Below are positions 13,401 to 24,037 of a stretch of DNA of 64,000 nt, piece after piece (position 1 is the first letter of the stretch; each line of letters starts with the position of its first letter). A model generated the notes under the pieces. The model had not been told where the DNA came from. It searched no databases and saw nothing but the letters and a program-made list of their open reading frames with translations. This DNA is from Diplonema japonicum (Eukaryota; Protista; Euglenozoa: Diplonemea). The stretch covers positions 248,001 to 312,000 of the forward strand of contig OZ025689.1 in assembly GCA_964019335.1 (NCBI GenBank), read 5' to 3'. The position numbers and the translations under genes are program-made.

Positions 13401-14886
13401 AGAGGATGTTCAGGGGACCGAGGTAGCTCTCCCGGAACACCACAGCATAGAAGAACAGCGACACGGGAAAGGTGACGAGGAGCTGTCCCATTGCACAGGT
13501 GGAGAGGAACAGAGACCGCAGGTGGAAGACCATGTACAGCAGCACCACCACGATGCTCGCCACCGCGATGCAGGAGTCGCGCTTCAGCGTCCGAAGGATC
13601 GCAGCCTCTGTCACGATGTCCCCGCCGTACACCAGGCGCACCCCCTCCACTGAGAAGGTGTCCAGCACCCTCGTCAGCTCTTCAACCGAGGGCTCCACCG
13701 CCCCGTCCTGTCCCCCGGACCCCGCGTGCGCGAACCCAGGGAACGGAGCCCCGAGCACAATCTCGGACCGCAGCCTCGTCGTCGTCAGCTGGTGTGCGTT
13801 GAAGTCCTTCCCGAAGAACCACTGCGCCTCGACAGCGTGCTCCCCTTGTACCACGTAGCGCAGCGTCCTCGCCAGGCGGGCTCCATCATCGCCGCCACCG
13901 CCACCCTCACCGTCACCACCATCGTTGTCGTCGTCGTCGTCATCCTGATGATGAGGGTCAGCAGCGGTCTCACCCAGCCCGTCAAACACAACCCCATCCC
14001 CCGCAGTGTCGGGGAGGGCCAGCATCCCGCACCGCCTGCAGTCTGCACCGGAACACGTCTCGCACCGCGGGCAGCACTGCCTCCCTTCACGCACACACCG
14101 CTCGGGACGCCCGGTCCCCGCTTCTCCCCAAGACCCGTTCGAGGCGGCCGTTTCCTGTTGCCACATCCAAGGACAGTCCCCTCCTCCTCCTCCTTCCCCG
14201 CCTCCGTTGCTGCAGCACCGCATCCTTCGAGCCACCTCCACCGCCTCCTCTCCTTTGTGGAGGCTCGGGTACACGTACTGCAACAGGGACGACACAGGGG
14301 CGGGAGGCACCCTCTCGATCTGTTCCGCCACCTCCGCCGCAGTCGACCCCGTGTTCTCACCCGAGGCGAAGAACGGGCTGTGCGTGTCGCGCCACCCCGC
14401 TGCCTGGTAAGCCTTCGAGCGGTACACCTTCCTCTCGAAGGAACTGATCTGTGCCAGCACCCCTGCCTCCAGGAGGTTTCCCTTCCCTTCCGCTGCCATG
14501 TACAGGAGGGACAAGCGCCACTTGGGATAGGTGTACGGGACCTCATAGCCAGAAGGGCCGAGCACCCGCGCCCCCCTGCGCAAGGACCCCTTCCCCGTGT
14601 CGTCGTCCCTGTAGGCGTTGCGCTGCCCAGCCACGCGCCCCGCCTCCCTTCGCGACGTGTAGTGGTCCTTCGCCTCGAACCCCTCCAGCAGCACGTCCAC
14701 CTCCAGGTGCTCCCCGAGGGGGAGCGTCAGGCCGGAAAGCAGCGCTACCGCTGAGAACAGTGCGCAAGCGCTCGTCACAGGGCGCCCAGCGATCCCCCTC
14801 GAGTACCACGTCGACTTGAAATCGTCGGCAGTCGCTGTTGACGTCAGCACAGCGAGGCGGCCCTCACCTCTCACATACTCCTCCAT
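7430..14886 (-). CDS. Dispatched/Patched-family RND protein, paralog 2, with large mucin-like/Cys-rich second ectodomain; one apparent frameshift
   Basis: Same GxxxDD and GxxxDY motifs. 33-nt GT-AG intron at 8856-8888 (CGVCG|PPWP). Frame break at the G4 run 10259-10262: one extra base restores ESNAPADNATAIPGTSAPET. Start inferred at MEEYVRG. Confidence 0.85.
10432..10915 (-). repeat. 15-bp coding tandem repeat encoding G(Q/K)P(S/T)T, about 32 units
   Basis: tgtggatggttgtcc-type units on the + strand; PSTGQ repeats in the translation. Confidence 0.95.
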
Positions 14887-16436
14887 GGAACCTGTTGAGC
14901 CGTGAGATGCAAATACACATGGGGTGCAGTAAAATGAAAGGAAAAAGTTCAGTAGTGCCCTCCGCACCTGCCTGTGGCAGATGGGAAAGGCGTAAAAGAG
15001 CTAGGATAAGAAAAGTCAGATGCCTTGAAAAAGGCATGCACAAGGAAAACGGTGGGAAGGACTCTTGCTTGCTGCTTCTTTTTTTTTTCCCCGTCTTTTT
15101 CGTTGGTGGTGTACATTTCATTTTTCTTCTTTTTTTTTTGTTTTTTTGTTATTTGCAGCAAACCTGTCCTGATGTAAGGGGGTGAAGCTTGTTACTGGAG
15201 AACTGCGTGGAAATGGCGGACCATTGCAGACTCGTGGAGTGACTAAGAAAAGCTGAAGAAACAATACCCCGATTGATGAAGGAACACAATGAGATTTAAA
15301 AAGGCTCTTTTATTCTGTCCATACTTTCCTTAATTTCTTAAGAAAAGAGGAGAAGAGGAAAACAAACAGCAGAATCAGTTTAATTGCTTACTTCTGCTGG
15401 TGGGGAGGGAGGTATTTATTTTGAATTCGTGATACGGGGCAAAGAAGATAAGATGGAGTTTTGCCAGAAGGGTGGGCTTTTTTTGTGTTCGACAGTCGAA
15501 CAATACACCCCTACCCTTGAAAAGCAAGACAAGTAAGGGAAGGGAAGAAAATAATTTAAAGAAGAGAGAGAGAGGGAGAGAGAACGGTATGAGAAAGAAG
15601 GAGAGAGTGATGAAACGAGGACCCACAGAAAGCTATACAAAAAGAGTCAAAAGGTGTGGTGCAAAACACACATAAAAAGGAAAATTTATTTTTCCTTCCT
15701 TTTTCCCTCTTCTTTTATTTGTTGGGGACTCCTCTATTTTCAAAATAAGAAAAAAAGCTCTTTTTTTCCTATGGAACCTCCTTGTTTCTCTTTGCTGTTG
15801 TTGTTAGTAATAGGGGGGGGGGGGTTTCTTTTTTTTCTTTTTTTCTTTTTCTTTTTTCGCTTGTTTAAAACATCATTCTCAAGGCAAAGCGAGCGTGAAA
15901 CTAATATGGCATCCCCCATGAGTGAAATAATGAACATTACGTTCACCGTGAGAGTGTTTTCATATCTTCTTCACATATACTAACCTTAAGATACATACTA
16001 AATAGGAGTACATCGCCCCAAGAATCCGTGTAACAAGCATCATTCTAACAGTCGTCCCATATATACTGCATTACAGTATACATAAAAACTTGAGCCAATT
16101 TCACTTTGCGAGGACGTGAAATCTGATTTTTACTTGATACATTAGTATAGTGTTCTTCTTTTTTTTCTTCTTTTTTTTTTTTTTTTTTTTCTTTTGTTTG
16201 TTGATTTTTTTTTTCTTGTTCTTTTTCTTTCGTGGGAGAACGGCAGATACTAAAGAATTTATATATGAGTTAAAGGATGCCGGTGTTGGCGGCGCCCTTA
16301 AAAGAATTTAAATTGAAACGATAAAAAAAAGGGAGGGCAATGAATTAATAAAAAAATGAAAATAAAAAAATATGTAAGATACAGCTCCAATACTACAATA
16401 CAAATATCCATTTTTCCAATACCCTCACCTGTAGTG

Positions 16437-19400
16437 TCACAGGCCTGGTGTATCATTGTCAGTAAATTCGTCAGGTGTACCTCTAGCTGTCCTTGTCATT
16501 CTTTCAGCCTCGGTGAGTGTACCTGTTGCTGTCCTTGTCATTCTTTCAGGCTCGGTAGGTGTACCTGTCGCTGTCCTTGTCATTCCTTCAGGCTCGGTAA
16601 GTGTACCTGTTGCTGTCCTTGTCATTCTTTCAGCCTCGGTAGGTGTACCTGTCGCTGTCCTTGTCATTCTTTCAGCCTCGGTAAGTGTACCTGTCGCTGT
16701 CCTTGTCATTCTTTCAGGCTCGGTAAGTGTACCTGTCGATGTCCTTGTCATTCCTTCAGGCTCGGTAGGTGTACCTGTTGCTGTCCTTGTCATTCTTTCA
16801 GCCTCGGTAGGTGTACCTGTCGCTGTCCTTGTCATTCTTTCAGCCTCGGTGAGTGTACCTGTTGCTGTCCTTGTCATTCTTTCAGCCTCGGTAGGTGTAC
16901 CTGTTGCTGTCCTTGTCATTCTTTCAGGCTCGGTAGGTGTACCTGTCGCTGTCCTTGTCATTCTTTCAGCCTCGGTAAGTGTACCTGTTGCTGTCCTTGT
17001 CATTCTTTCAGCCTCGGTAGGTGTACCTGTTGCTGTCCTTGTCATTCTTTCAGCCTCGGTAGGTGTACCTGTCGCTGTCCTTGTCATTCTTTCAGCCTCG
17101 GTAGGTGTACCTGTTGCTGTCCTTGTCATTCTTTCAGGCTCGGTAAGTGTACCTGTCGATGTCCTTGTCATTCCTTCAGGCTCGGTAGGTGTACCTGTTG
17201 CTGTCCTTGTCATTCTTTCAGCCTCGGTAAGTGTACCTGTCGATGTCCTTGTCATTCTTCCAGCCTCGGTAGGTGTACCTGTTGCTGTCCTTGTCATTCT
17301 TTCAGCCTCGGTAAGTGTACCTGTTGCTGTCCTTGTCATTCTTTCAGGCTCGGTAGGTGTACCTGTCGCTGTCCTTGTCATTCTTTCAGGCTCGGTAAGT
17401 GTACCTGTCGATGTCCTTGTCATTCCTTCAGGCTCGGTAGGTGTACCTGTTGCTGTCCTTGTCATTCTTCCAGCCTCGGTAAGTGTACCTGTTGCTGTCC
17501 TTGTCATTCTTCCAGCCTCGGTAAGTGTACCTGTTGCTGTCCTTGTCATTCTTTCAGGCTCGGTAGGTGTACCTGTTGCTGTCCTTGTCATTCTTTCAGG
17601 CTCGGTAAGTGTACCTGTCGATGTCCTTGTCATTCCTTCAGGCTCGGTAGGTGTACCTGTTGCTGTCCTTGTCATTCTTTCAGCCTCGGTAGGTGTACCT
17701 GTCGCTGTCCTTGTCATTCTTTCAGCCTCGGTGAGTGTACCTGTTGCTGTCCTTGTCATTCTTTCAGGCTCGGTAGGTGTACCTGTTGCTGTCCTTGTCA
17801 TTCTTTCAGCCTCGGTAAGTGTACCTGTCGATGTCCTTGTCATTCCTTCAGGCTCGGTAGGTGTACCTGTTGCTGTCCTTGTCATTCTTTCAGCCTCGGT
17901 AGGTGTACCTGTCGCTGTCCTTGTCATTCTTTCAGCCTCGGTAAGTGTACCTGTTGCTGTCCTTGTCATTCTTTCAGGCTCGGTAGGTGTACCTGTCGCT
18001 GTCCTTGTCATTCTTTCAGGCTCGGTAAGTGTACCTGTCGATGTCCTTGTCATTCCTTCAGGCTCGGTAGGTGTACCTGTTGCTGTCCTTGTCATTCTTC
18101 CAGCCTCGGTAAGTGTACCTGTTGCTGTCCTTGTCATTCTTCCAGCCTCGGTAAGTGTACCTGTTGCTGTCCTTGTCATTCTTTCAGGCTCGGTAGGTGT
18201 ACCTGTTGCTGTCCTTGTCATTCTTTCAGGCTCGGTAAGTGTACCTGTCGATGTCCTTGTCATTCCTTCAGGCTCGGTAGGTGTACCTGTTGCTGTCCTT
18301 GTCATTCTTTCAGCCTCGGTAGGTGTACCTGTCGCTGTCCTTGTCATTCTTTCAGCCTCGGTGAGTGTACCTGTTGCTGTCCTTGTCATTCTTTCAGGCT
18401 CGGTAGGTGTACCTGTTGCTGTCCTTGTCATTCTTTCAGCCTCGGTAAGTGTACCTGTCGATGTCCTTGTCATTCTTCCAGCCTCGGTAGGTGTACCTGT
18501 TGCTGTCCTTGTCATTCTTTCAGCCTTGGTAAGTGTACCTGTTGCTGTCCTTGTCATTCTTTCAGGCTCGGTAGGTGTACCTGTCGCTGTCCTTGTCATT
18601 CTTTCAGGCTCGGTAAGTGTACCTGTCGATGTCCTTGTCATTCCTTCAGGCTCGATAGGTGTACCTGTTGCTGTCCTTGTCATTCTTTCAGCCTCGGTAA
18701 GTGTACCTGTTGCTGTCCTTGTCATTCTTCCAGCCTCGGTAAGTGTACCTGTTGCTGTCCTTGTCATTCTTTCAGGCTCGGCAGGTGTACCTGTTGCTGT
18801 CCTTGTCATTCTTTCAGGCTCGGTAAGTGTACCTGTCGATGTCCTTGTCATTCCTTCAGGCTCGGTAGGTGTACCTGTTGCTGTCCTTGTCATTCTTTCA
18901 GCCTCGGTAGGTGTACCTGTTGCTGTCCTTGTCATTCTTCCAGCCTCGGTAAGTGTACCTGTTGCTGTCCTTGTCATTCTTTCAGGCTCGGTAGGTGTAC
19001 CTGTTGCTGTCCTTGTCATTCTTCCAGCCTCGGTAGGTGTACCTGTTGCTGTCCTTGTCATTCTTTCAGCCTCGGTAAGTGTACCTGTCGATGTCCTTGT
19101 CATTCCTTCAGGCTCGGTAGGTGTACCTGTCGCTGTCCTTGTCATTCTTTCAGCCTCGGTAAGTGTACCTGTTGCTGTCCTTGTCATTCTTTCAGCCTCG
19201 GTAGGTGTACCTGTCGCTGTCCTTGTCATTCTTTCAGCCTCGGTAAGTGTACCTGTCACTGTACTTGTCATTCTTTCAGCCTCGGTGAGTGTACCTGTCG
19301 CTGTCCTTGTCATTCTTTCAGCTTCGGTAAGTGTACCTGTTGCTGTTCTTGTCATTCTTTCAACCTCGGTAAGGGTACTTGTTGCTGTCCTTGTCATGCT

Positions 19401-22400
19401 TTTAGCCGTGATAAGATCCTTTGTAGCAATTGTTTCTGTGACCATTTGTGTCATGGTTGCAGTTGTCTCTGGTACAGTCCAAGTAGCGGTCCCTGATGGA
19501 GTACTTGTGTGAGAAATTGTGGGGGTAGTTGAGTCAGTAGTTAGGAGAGTACTTGTGGGAGGTATTGTAGTAGTCTGAGTTCTACTATGCAGTCCGTCGG
19601 CACCAAGCGAATTGCTCACTGTCCTTGTCCTACTTTGTAGGTCATCAACGTTAAGCGTTGTTGTATCAACGGGTGTCTTGGGTTCTTCTTTTAGTGTCGA
19701 GTTCACGAAGCATGTTCCTGCAAAGGGAGTTGCCACGACTTTAACCACAGTGCTGTCACCACTCGAGAGCTCCTTAATAATGAGTTGAGACATCCCAGAC
19801 TCAGAGAATACAGCTAGCACTACAAGTGTTTCTGTTTGTGAAATAACAGTCTTCCATGAACTACTTGATAAAGGAACAAGTGTTTTTGTTGCGGTAAAGT
19901 TGCTTACCTCCGGTACCTCTGTTTCGGGCTTATCAGAAACATTGCCTGAAGGAACTGTCTCAAGTGTTGTAACGGTGATAAATGGCTCACTTCCTTCGGG
20001 TTCGCCTGAAGTGTTCGTGTTGAGTGGTGTGGTCACACTGTGCATTCTTTCCTTAGGTGCCTCCGGATCTGGTACGATAACAAAAGTCGCACTTGCATTG
20101 TTGCGAGCCGCATCACTCAAATTACTACTCATGGGCTCATCCGAAACATAGCTTGAGGGAGCTGTCGTAACAGTGATAAGTGGCTCACTGCCATTACCTT
20201 CTGACCCGCCTGAAGTGTTCGTGTTGAGTGGTGTGGTTACACTGTGCATTCTTTCCTCAGGTGCCTCCGGATCTGGTACGATAACAAAAGTCGCACTTGC
20301 ATTGTGGTGAGCTGCATCAGTTTCAAGTGGTGCACTCAAATTACTCCTCATGGGCTCATCCGAAGCATTGCTTGAGGGGACTCTCGTAATCGTAGTCGTC
20401 AGTGTGATGGTGATAAATGGCTCACTTCCATTACCTTGATCAGTTTCACCCGGTGATTCTGCGTCTGATGCATTTGCGTTGAGTGGTGTGGTCACATTGT
20501 GCATTCTTTCCTCAGGTGCCTCCGGATCTGGTACGATAACAAAAGTCGCACTTGCATTGTTGTGAGCCGCATCACTCAAATTACTACTCATGGGCTCATC
20601 CGAAACATAGCTTGAGGGAGCTGTCGTAACAGTGATAAGTGGCTCACTGCCATTACCTTCTGACCCGCCTGAAGTGTTCGTGTTGAGTGGTGTGGTTACA
20701 CTGTGCATTCTTTCCTCAGGTGCCTCCGGATCTGGTACGATAACAAAAGTCGCACTTGCATTGTGGTGAGCTGCATCAGTTTCAAGTGGTGCACTCAAAT
20801 TACTTGTTATGAGATCTGTGACATTACGCATTCCTTCCTCTGGTGCTTCGGGCTCAAGAAGAGGCACGCTAGTGTTAAATGCTCCGGTCACATTCTCGGA
20901 ATGGAGCGTGTCCGCTGCCAGTGCCCTAGTACGTGTCCTCAGCTCAAGCAACCTTCTCGACAGATGTTGTTCTGCAGAAAGAAGTTCGGTTGAGTTACCA
21001 ACACAAGTACCGCCATTGCCTTTGCACACCCCACACACGTCCTTCTTCGCACCGCTGTACAGCACACCATCGCACCCGTACACTCCCTTCACGGTGTGTT
21101 CTACCCACATAGCACCACACGCTCTCGTCTCCTCCACGCAGTTCCCGCTCTTTAGATAATCTGACTCTTTCTTCGGCAGCAATTGAGGAACATGGAACAC
21201 AGCGACAACCACCAAGATGTACAACAACAATCGGTATTCATAGATAGAAGGGAGTAAGCCGGCTACCTTAACAGCTGGTAATACAGCTTCCCTCGCCACC
21301 GCACTCTCTTCATCGTCCGCTTGACAGCATTCGCTCTCAGACATTTGCAGGTGTCCTTCGTACCACAAAGCATGCAAACGAGCACGCAAAGGCTCTACCA
21401 TCGTGGCAAACAAGCAGAAGAAGAAGACGAAGAAGTAATTCACAACGACGGAAATCCCTATGAAGAGGCCGAAGCTGCGGACAGCTGGGATTGAAGAGTG
21501 TGCGTACACTGCGAACGCGACTGTACTCGTAGCAGTGACAACTATCGGTGGTCCGACTTTGTAAAGAGCATGTGCGGTGTGTTGCCTGGGAGGTACGTCC
21601 TTGCAGCTGAACAAAGCATTCGAGAAGACGAAGATGTCGTCAACCCCAATCCCGACCATGATGTAGAAGGAGAGGATGTTCAGGGGACCGAGGTAGCTCT
21701 CCCGGAACACCACAGCATAGAAGAACAGCGACACGGGAAAGGTGACGAGGAGCTGTCCCATTGCACAGGTGGAGAGGAACAGAGACCGCAGGTGGAAGAC
21801 CATGTACAGCAGCACCACCACGATGCTCGCCACCGCGATGCAGGAGTCGCGCTTCAGCGTCCGAAGGATCGCAGCCTCTGTCACGATGTCCCCGCCGTAC
21901 ACCAGGCGCACCCCCTCCACTGAGAAGGTGTCCAGCACCCTCGTCAGCTCTTCAACCGAGGGCTCCACCGCCCCGTCCTGTCCCCCGGACCCCGCGTGCG
22001 CGAACCCAGGGAACGGAGCCCCGAGCACAATCTCGGACCGCAGCCTCGTCGTCGTCAGCTGGTGTGCGTTGAAGTCCTTCCCGAAGAACCACTGCGCCTC
22101 GACAGCGTGCTCCCCTTGTACCACGTAGCGCAGCGTCCTCGCCAGGCGGGCTCCATCATCGCCGCCACCGCCACCCTCACCGTCACCACCATCGTTGTCG
22201 TCGTCGTCGTCATCCTGATGATGAGGGTCAGCAGCGGTCTCACCCAGCCCGTCAAACACAACCCCATCCCCCGCAGTGTCGGGGAGGGCCAGCATCCCGC
22301 ACCGCCTGCAGTCTGCACCGGAACACGTCTCGCACCGCGGGCAGCACTGCCTCCCTTCACGCACACACCGCTCGGGACGCCCGGTCCCCGCTTCTCCCCA

Positions 22401-23132
22401 AGACCCGTTCGAGGCGGCCGTTTCCTGTTGCCACATCCAAGGACAGTCCCCTCCTCCTCCTCCTTCCCCGCCTCCGTTGCTGCAGCACCGCATCCTTCGA
22501 GCCACCTCCACCGCCTCCTCTCCTTTGTGGAGGCTCGGGTACACGTACTGCAACAGGGACGACACAGGGGCGGGAGGCACCCTCTCGATCTGTTCCGCCA
22601 CCTCCGCCGCAGTCGACCCCGTGTTCTCACCCGAGGCGAAGAACGGGCTGTGCGTGTCGCGCCACCCCGCTGCCTGGTAAGCCTTCGAGCGGTACACCTT
22701 CCTCTCGAAGGAACTGATCTGTGCCAGCACCCCTGCCTCCAGGAGGTTTCCCTTCCCTTCCGCTGCCATGTACAGGAGGGACAAGCGCCACTTGGGATAG
22801 GTGTACGGGACCTCATAGCCAGAAGGGCCGAGCACCCGCGCCCCCCTGCGCAAGGACCCCTTCCCCGTGTCGTCGTCCCTGTAGGCGTTGCGCTGCCCAG
22901 CCACGCGCCCCGCCTCCCTTCGCGACGTGTAGTGGTCCTTCGCCTCGAACCCCTCCAGCAGCACGTCCACCTCCAGGTGCTCCCCGAGGGGGAGCGTCAG
23001 GCCGGAAAGCAGCGCTACCGCTGAGAACAGTGCGCAAGCGCTCGTCACAGGGCGCCCAGCGATCCCCCTCGAGTACCACGTCGACTTGAAATCGTCGGCA
23101 GTCGCTGTTGACATTGCTTTGGACTCGCCCAT
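16437..23132 (-). CDS. Dispatched-like half RND (TM1, SSD, TM7 only) fused to a ~1500-aa Thr-rich mucin-like tail, paralog 3
   Basis: 2249-aa ORF. N-terminal ~1.5 kb identical to paralog 2, GxxxDD present, no C-terminal TM8-12/GxxxDY block before the TGA. Start inferred at MGESKAM. Confidence 0.85.
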   Translation of the reverse strand: MGESKAMSTATADDFKSTWYSRGIAGRPVTSACALFSAVALLSGLTLPLGEHLEVDVLLEGFEAKDHYTSRREAGRVAGQRNAYRDDDTGKGSLRRGARVLGPSGYEVPYTYPKWRLSLLYMAAEGKGNLLEAGVLAQISSFERKVYRSKAYQAAGWRDTHSPFFASGENTGSTAAEVAEQIERVPPAPVSSLLQYVYPSLHKGEEAVEVARRMRCCSNGGGEGGGGGDCPWMWQQETAASNGSWGEAGTGRPERCVREGRQCCPRCETCSGADCRRCGMLALPDTAGDGVVFDGLGETAADPHHQDDDDDDNDGGDGEGGGGGDDGARLARTLRYVVQGEHAVEAQWFFGKDFNAHQLTTTRLRSEIVLGAPFPGFAHAGSGGQDGAVEPSVEELTRVLDTFSVEGVRLVYGGDIVTEAAILRTLKRDSCIAVASIVVVLLYMVFHLRSLFLSTCAMGQLLVTFPVSLFFYAVVFRESYLGPLNILSFYIMVGIGVDDIFVFSNALFSCKDVPPRQHTAHALYKVGPPIVVTATSTVAFAVYAHSSIPAVRSFGLFIGISVVVNYFFVFFFCLFATMVEPLRARLHALWYEGHLQMSESECCQADDEESAVAREAVLPAVKVAGLLPSIYEYRLLLYILVVVAVFHVPQLLPKKESDYLKSGNCVEETRACGAMWVEHTVKGVYGCDGVLYSGAKKDVCGVCKGNGGTCVGNSTELLSAEQHLSRRLLELRTRTRALAADTLHSENVTGAFNTSVPLLEPEAPEEGMRNVTDLITSNLSAPLETDAAHHNASATFVIVPDPEAPEERMHSVTTPLNTNTSGGSEGNGSEPLITVTTAPSSYVSDEPMSSNLSDAAHNNASATFVIVPDPEAPEERMHNVTTPLNANASDAESPGETDQGNGSEPFITITLTTTITRVPSSNASDEPMRSNLSAPLETDAAHHNASATFVIVPDPEAPEERMHSVTTPLNTNTSGGSEGNGSEPLITVTTAPSSYVSDEPMSSNLSDAARNNASATFVIVPDPEAPKERMHSVTTPLNTNTSGEPEGSEPFITVTTLETVPSGNVSDKPETEVPEVSNFTATKTLVPLSSSSWKTVISQTETLVVLAVFSESGMSQLIIKELSSGDSTVVKVVATPFAGTCFVNSTLKEEPKTPVDTTTLNVDDLQSRTRTVSNSLGADGLHSRTQTTTIPPTSTLLTTDSTTPTISHTSTPSGTATWTVPETTATMTQMVTETIATKDLITAKSMTRTATSTLTEVERMTRTATGTLTEAERMTRTATGTLTEAERMTSTVTGTLTEAERMTRTATGTPTEAERMTRTATGTLTEAERMTRTATGTPTEPEGMTRTSTGTLTEAERMTRTATGTPTEAGRMTRTATGTPTEPERMTRTATGTLTEAGRMTRTATGTPTEAERMTRTATGTPTEPEGMTRTSTGTLTEPERMTRTATGTPAEPERMTRTATGTLTEAGRMTRTATGTLTEAERMTRTATGTPIEPEGMTRTSTGTLTEPERMTRTATGTPTEPERMTRTATGTLTKAERMTRTATGTPTEAGRMTRTSTGTLTEAERMTRTATGTPTEPERMTRTATGTLTEAERMTRTATGTPTEAERMTRTATGTPTEPEGMTRTSTGTLTEPERMTRTATGTPTEPERMTRTATGTLTEAGRMTRTATGTLTEAGRMTRTATGTPTEPEGMTRTSTGTLTEPERMTRTATGTPTEPERMTRTATGTLTEAERMTRTATGTPTEAERMTRTATGTPTEPEGMTRTSTGTLTEAERMTRTATGTPTEPERMTRTATGTLTEAERMTRTATGTPTEAERMTRTATGTPTEPEGMTRTSTGTLTEPERMTRTATGTPTEPERMTRTATGTLTEAGRMTRTATGTLTEAGRMTRTATGTPTEPEGMTRTSTGTLTEPERMTRTATGTPTEPERMTRTATGTLTEAERMTRTATGTPTEAGRMTRTSTGTLTEAERMTRTATGTPTEPEGMTRTSTGTLTEPERMTRTATGTPTEAERMTRTATGTPTEAERMTRTATGTPTEAERMTRTATGTLTEAERMTRTATGTPTEPERMTRTATGTPTEAERMTRTATGTLTEAERMTRTATGTPTEAERMTRTATGTPTEPEGMTRTSTGTLTEPERMTRTATGTLTEAERMTRTATGTPTEAERMTRTATGTLTEPEGMTRTATGTPTEPERMTRTATGTLTEAERMTRTARGTPDEFTDNDTPGL
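16488..19397 (-). repeat. 42-bp coding minisatellite (MTRT(A/S)TGT(P/L)TE(A/P)(E/G)(R/G)), about 69 units, with ~630-bp higher-order period
   Basis: Directly visible. The paired AGR-variant units recur at 17461 and 18091 (630 bp = 15 units). Confidence 0.97.
19965..20810 (-). repeat. Four longer internal coding repeats (NASATFVIVPDPEAPEERMHSVTTPLN...) rich in N-glycosylation sequons
   Basis: Motif occurs four times in the translation of paralog 3. Confidence 0.9.
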
Positions 23133-23630
23133 TGCCGCAGAGGCTACGGCGGAATCTGAGATGGCAGTGTGCACAGTGGACAACAATAGATGGAGAAAAG
23201 AAAAGCAAGGGGGAAAAAAAACTTTAAAAAACAGAGAGGAAACCAGCGGAGGGAGAATCGAAAGTAAAAAGAAAGACAGTGCTCCTTCTTGTTTTGGTTT
23301 TTTCCCACATCACCTTTTTTTTTTCGTGCCAGCAAGCAATCGAAAAAAAAAGGGGGGGGAGGTGGGAACGAAAAGAAATTGATAACATAGCGCAAACACA
23401 TCACACACCCGTTCTGGTATTTTACTGTATTCTGGTGTTTAATAAGGTCAAAAGGATAATTTGTGATTTACCTGTTTTGAAAAAAAAAAATGACCTTACG
23501 GTGAATGAAGCGTATGCTATGTTAAAAAAGGGAAATCTTTAAAAAAATTCGTGGTTGTGCGCAGCCTTCTGAATTCATGGTTACCCGCCACTAACTCCGG
23601 CGCGCAAGACTAAAGGGACACCATAGGGGT

Positions 23631-23679
23631 GGGAAAAGGGAAAAGGGAAAAGGGAAAAGGGAAAAGGGAAAAGGGAAAA
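23631..23679 (+). repeat. (GGGAAAA)7 perfect heptamer repeat
   Basis: Counted directly. Confidence 0.95.
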
Positions 23680-24037
23680 CATAACAGAAAAGGGGGGGAA
23701 CATAGGTAGAACACCAAGGGATAACAGAATGGGGAATGAAAAGCTAGTTAAAGGAAGTAAGGCGCCAAACATCGAGAAGAGTCTTTAGTCCACTCAAATC
23801 AATGCACAAAACAAAGAAAGGGGGGGGGGGGCATTCTTTTTTTTCTCTTTTAAATTGATTTCATTTATTTTACTTTTCTTTCTTTTTTTTTTTTTGCGGC
23901 GCACAGCATGTAACACCTCGTACGTGTTTCTCAAGGAGAAAACCAAAGATAGAAAAAGTAATAGAATGTGGGGTAGAGGGGGGGGTTATAAGGGGAGAAA
24001 CGACGATCGTCTTGTCATTTATTTTGCATAATACTTA

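Noticed and set aside
16488-19397. Possible CRISPR-like array
   Set aside because: Head-to-tail units with no unique spacers, inside a eukaryotic CDS.
16356-19512. Plus-strand 1046-aa Cys-rich (CTCCCPCHSF) and 1018-aa Val-rich ORFs
   Set aside because: Antisense shadows of a stop-free 42-bp repeat. The minus frame is continuous with the RND domain and matches the cluster strand.
23631-23679. (GGGAAAA)7 as an interstitial telomere
   Set aside because: Telomeric G-strands are T/G-rich, and this is a purine-only microsatellite. At most it has G-quadruplex potential.
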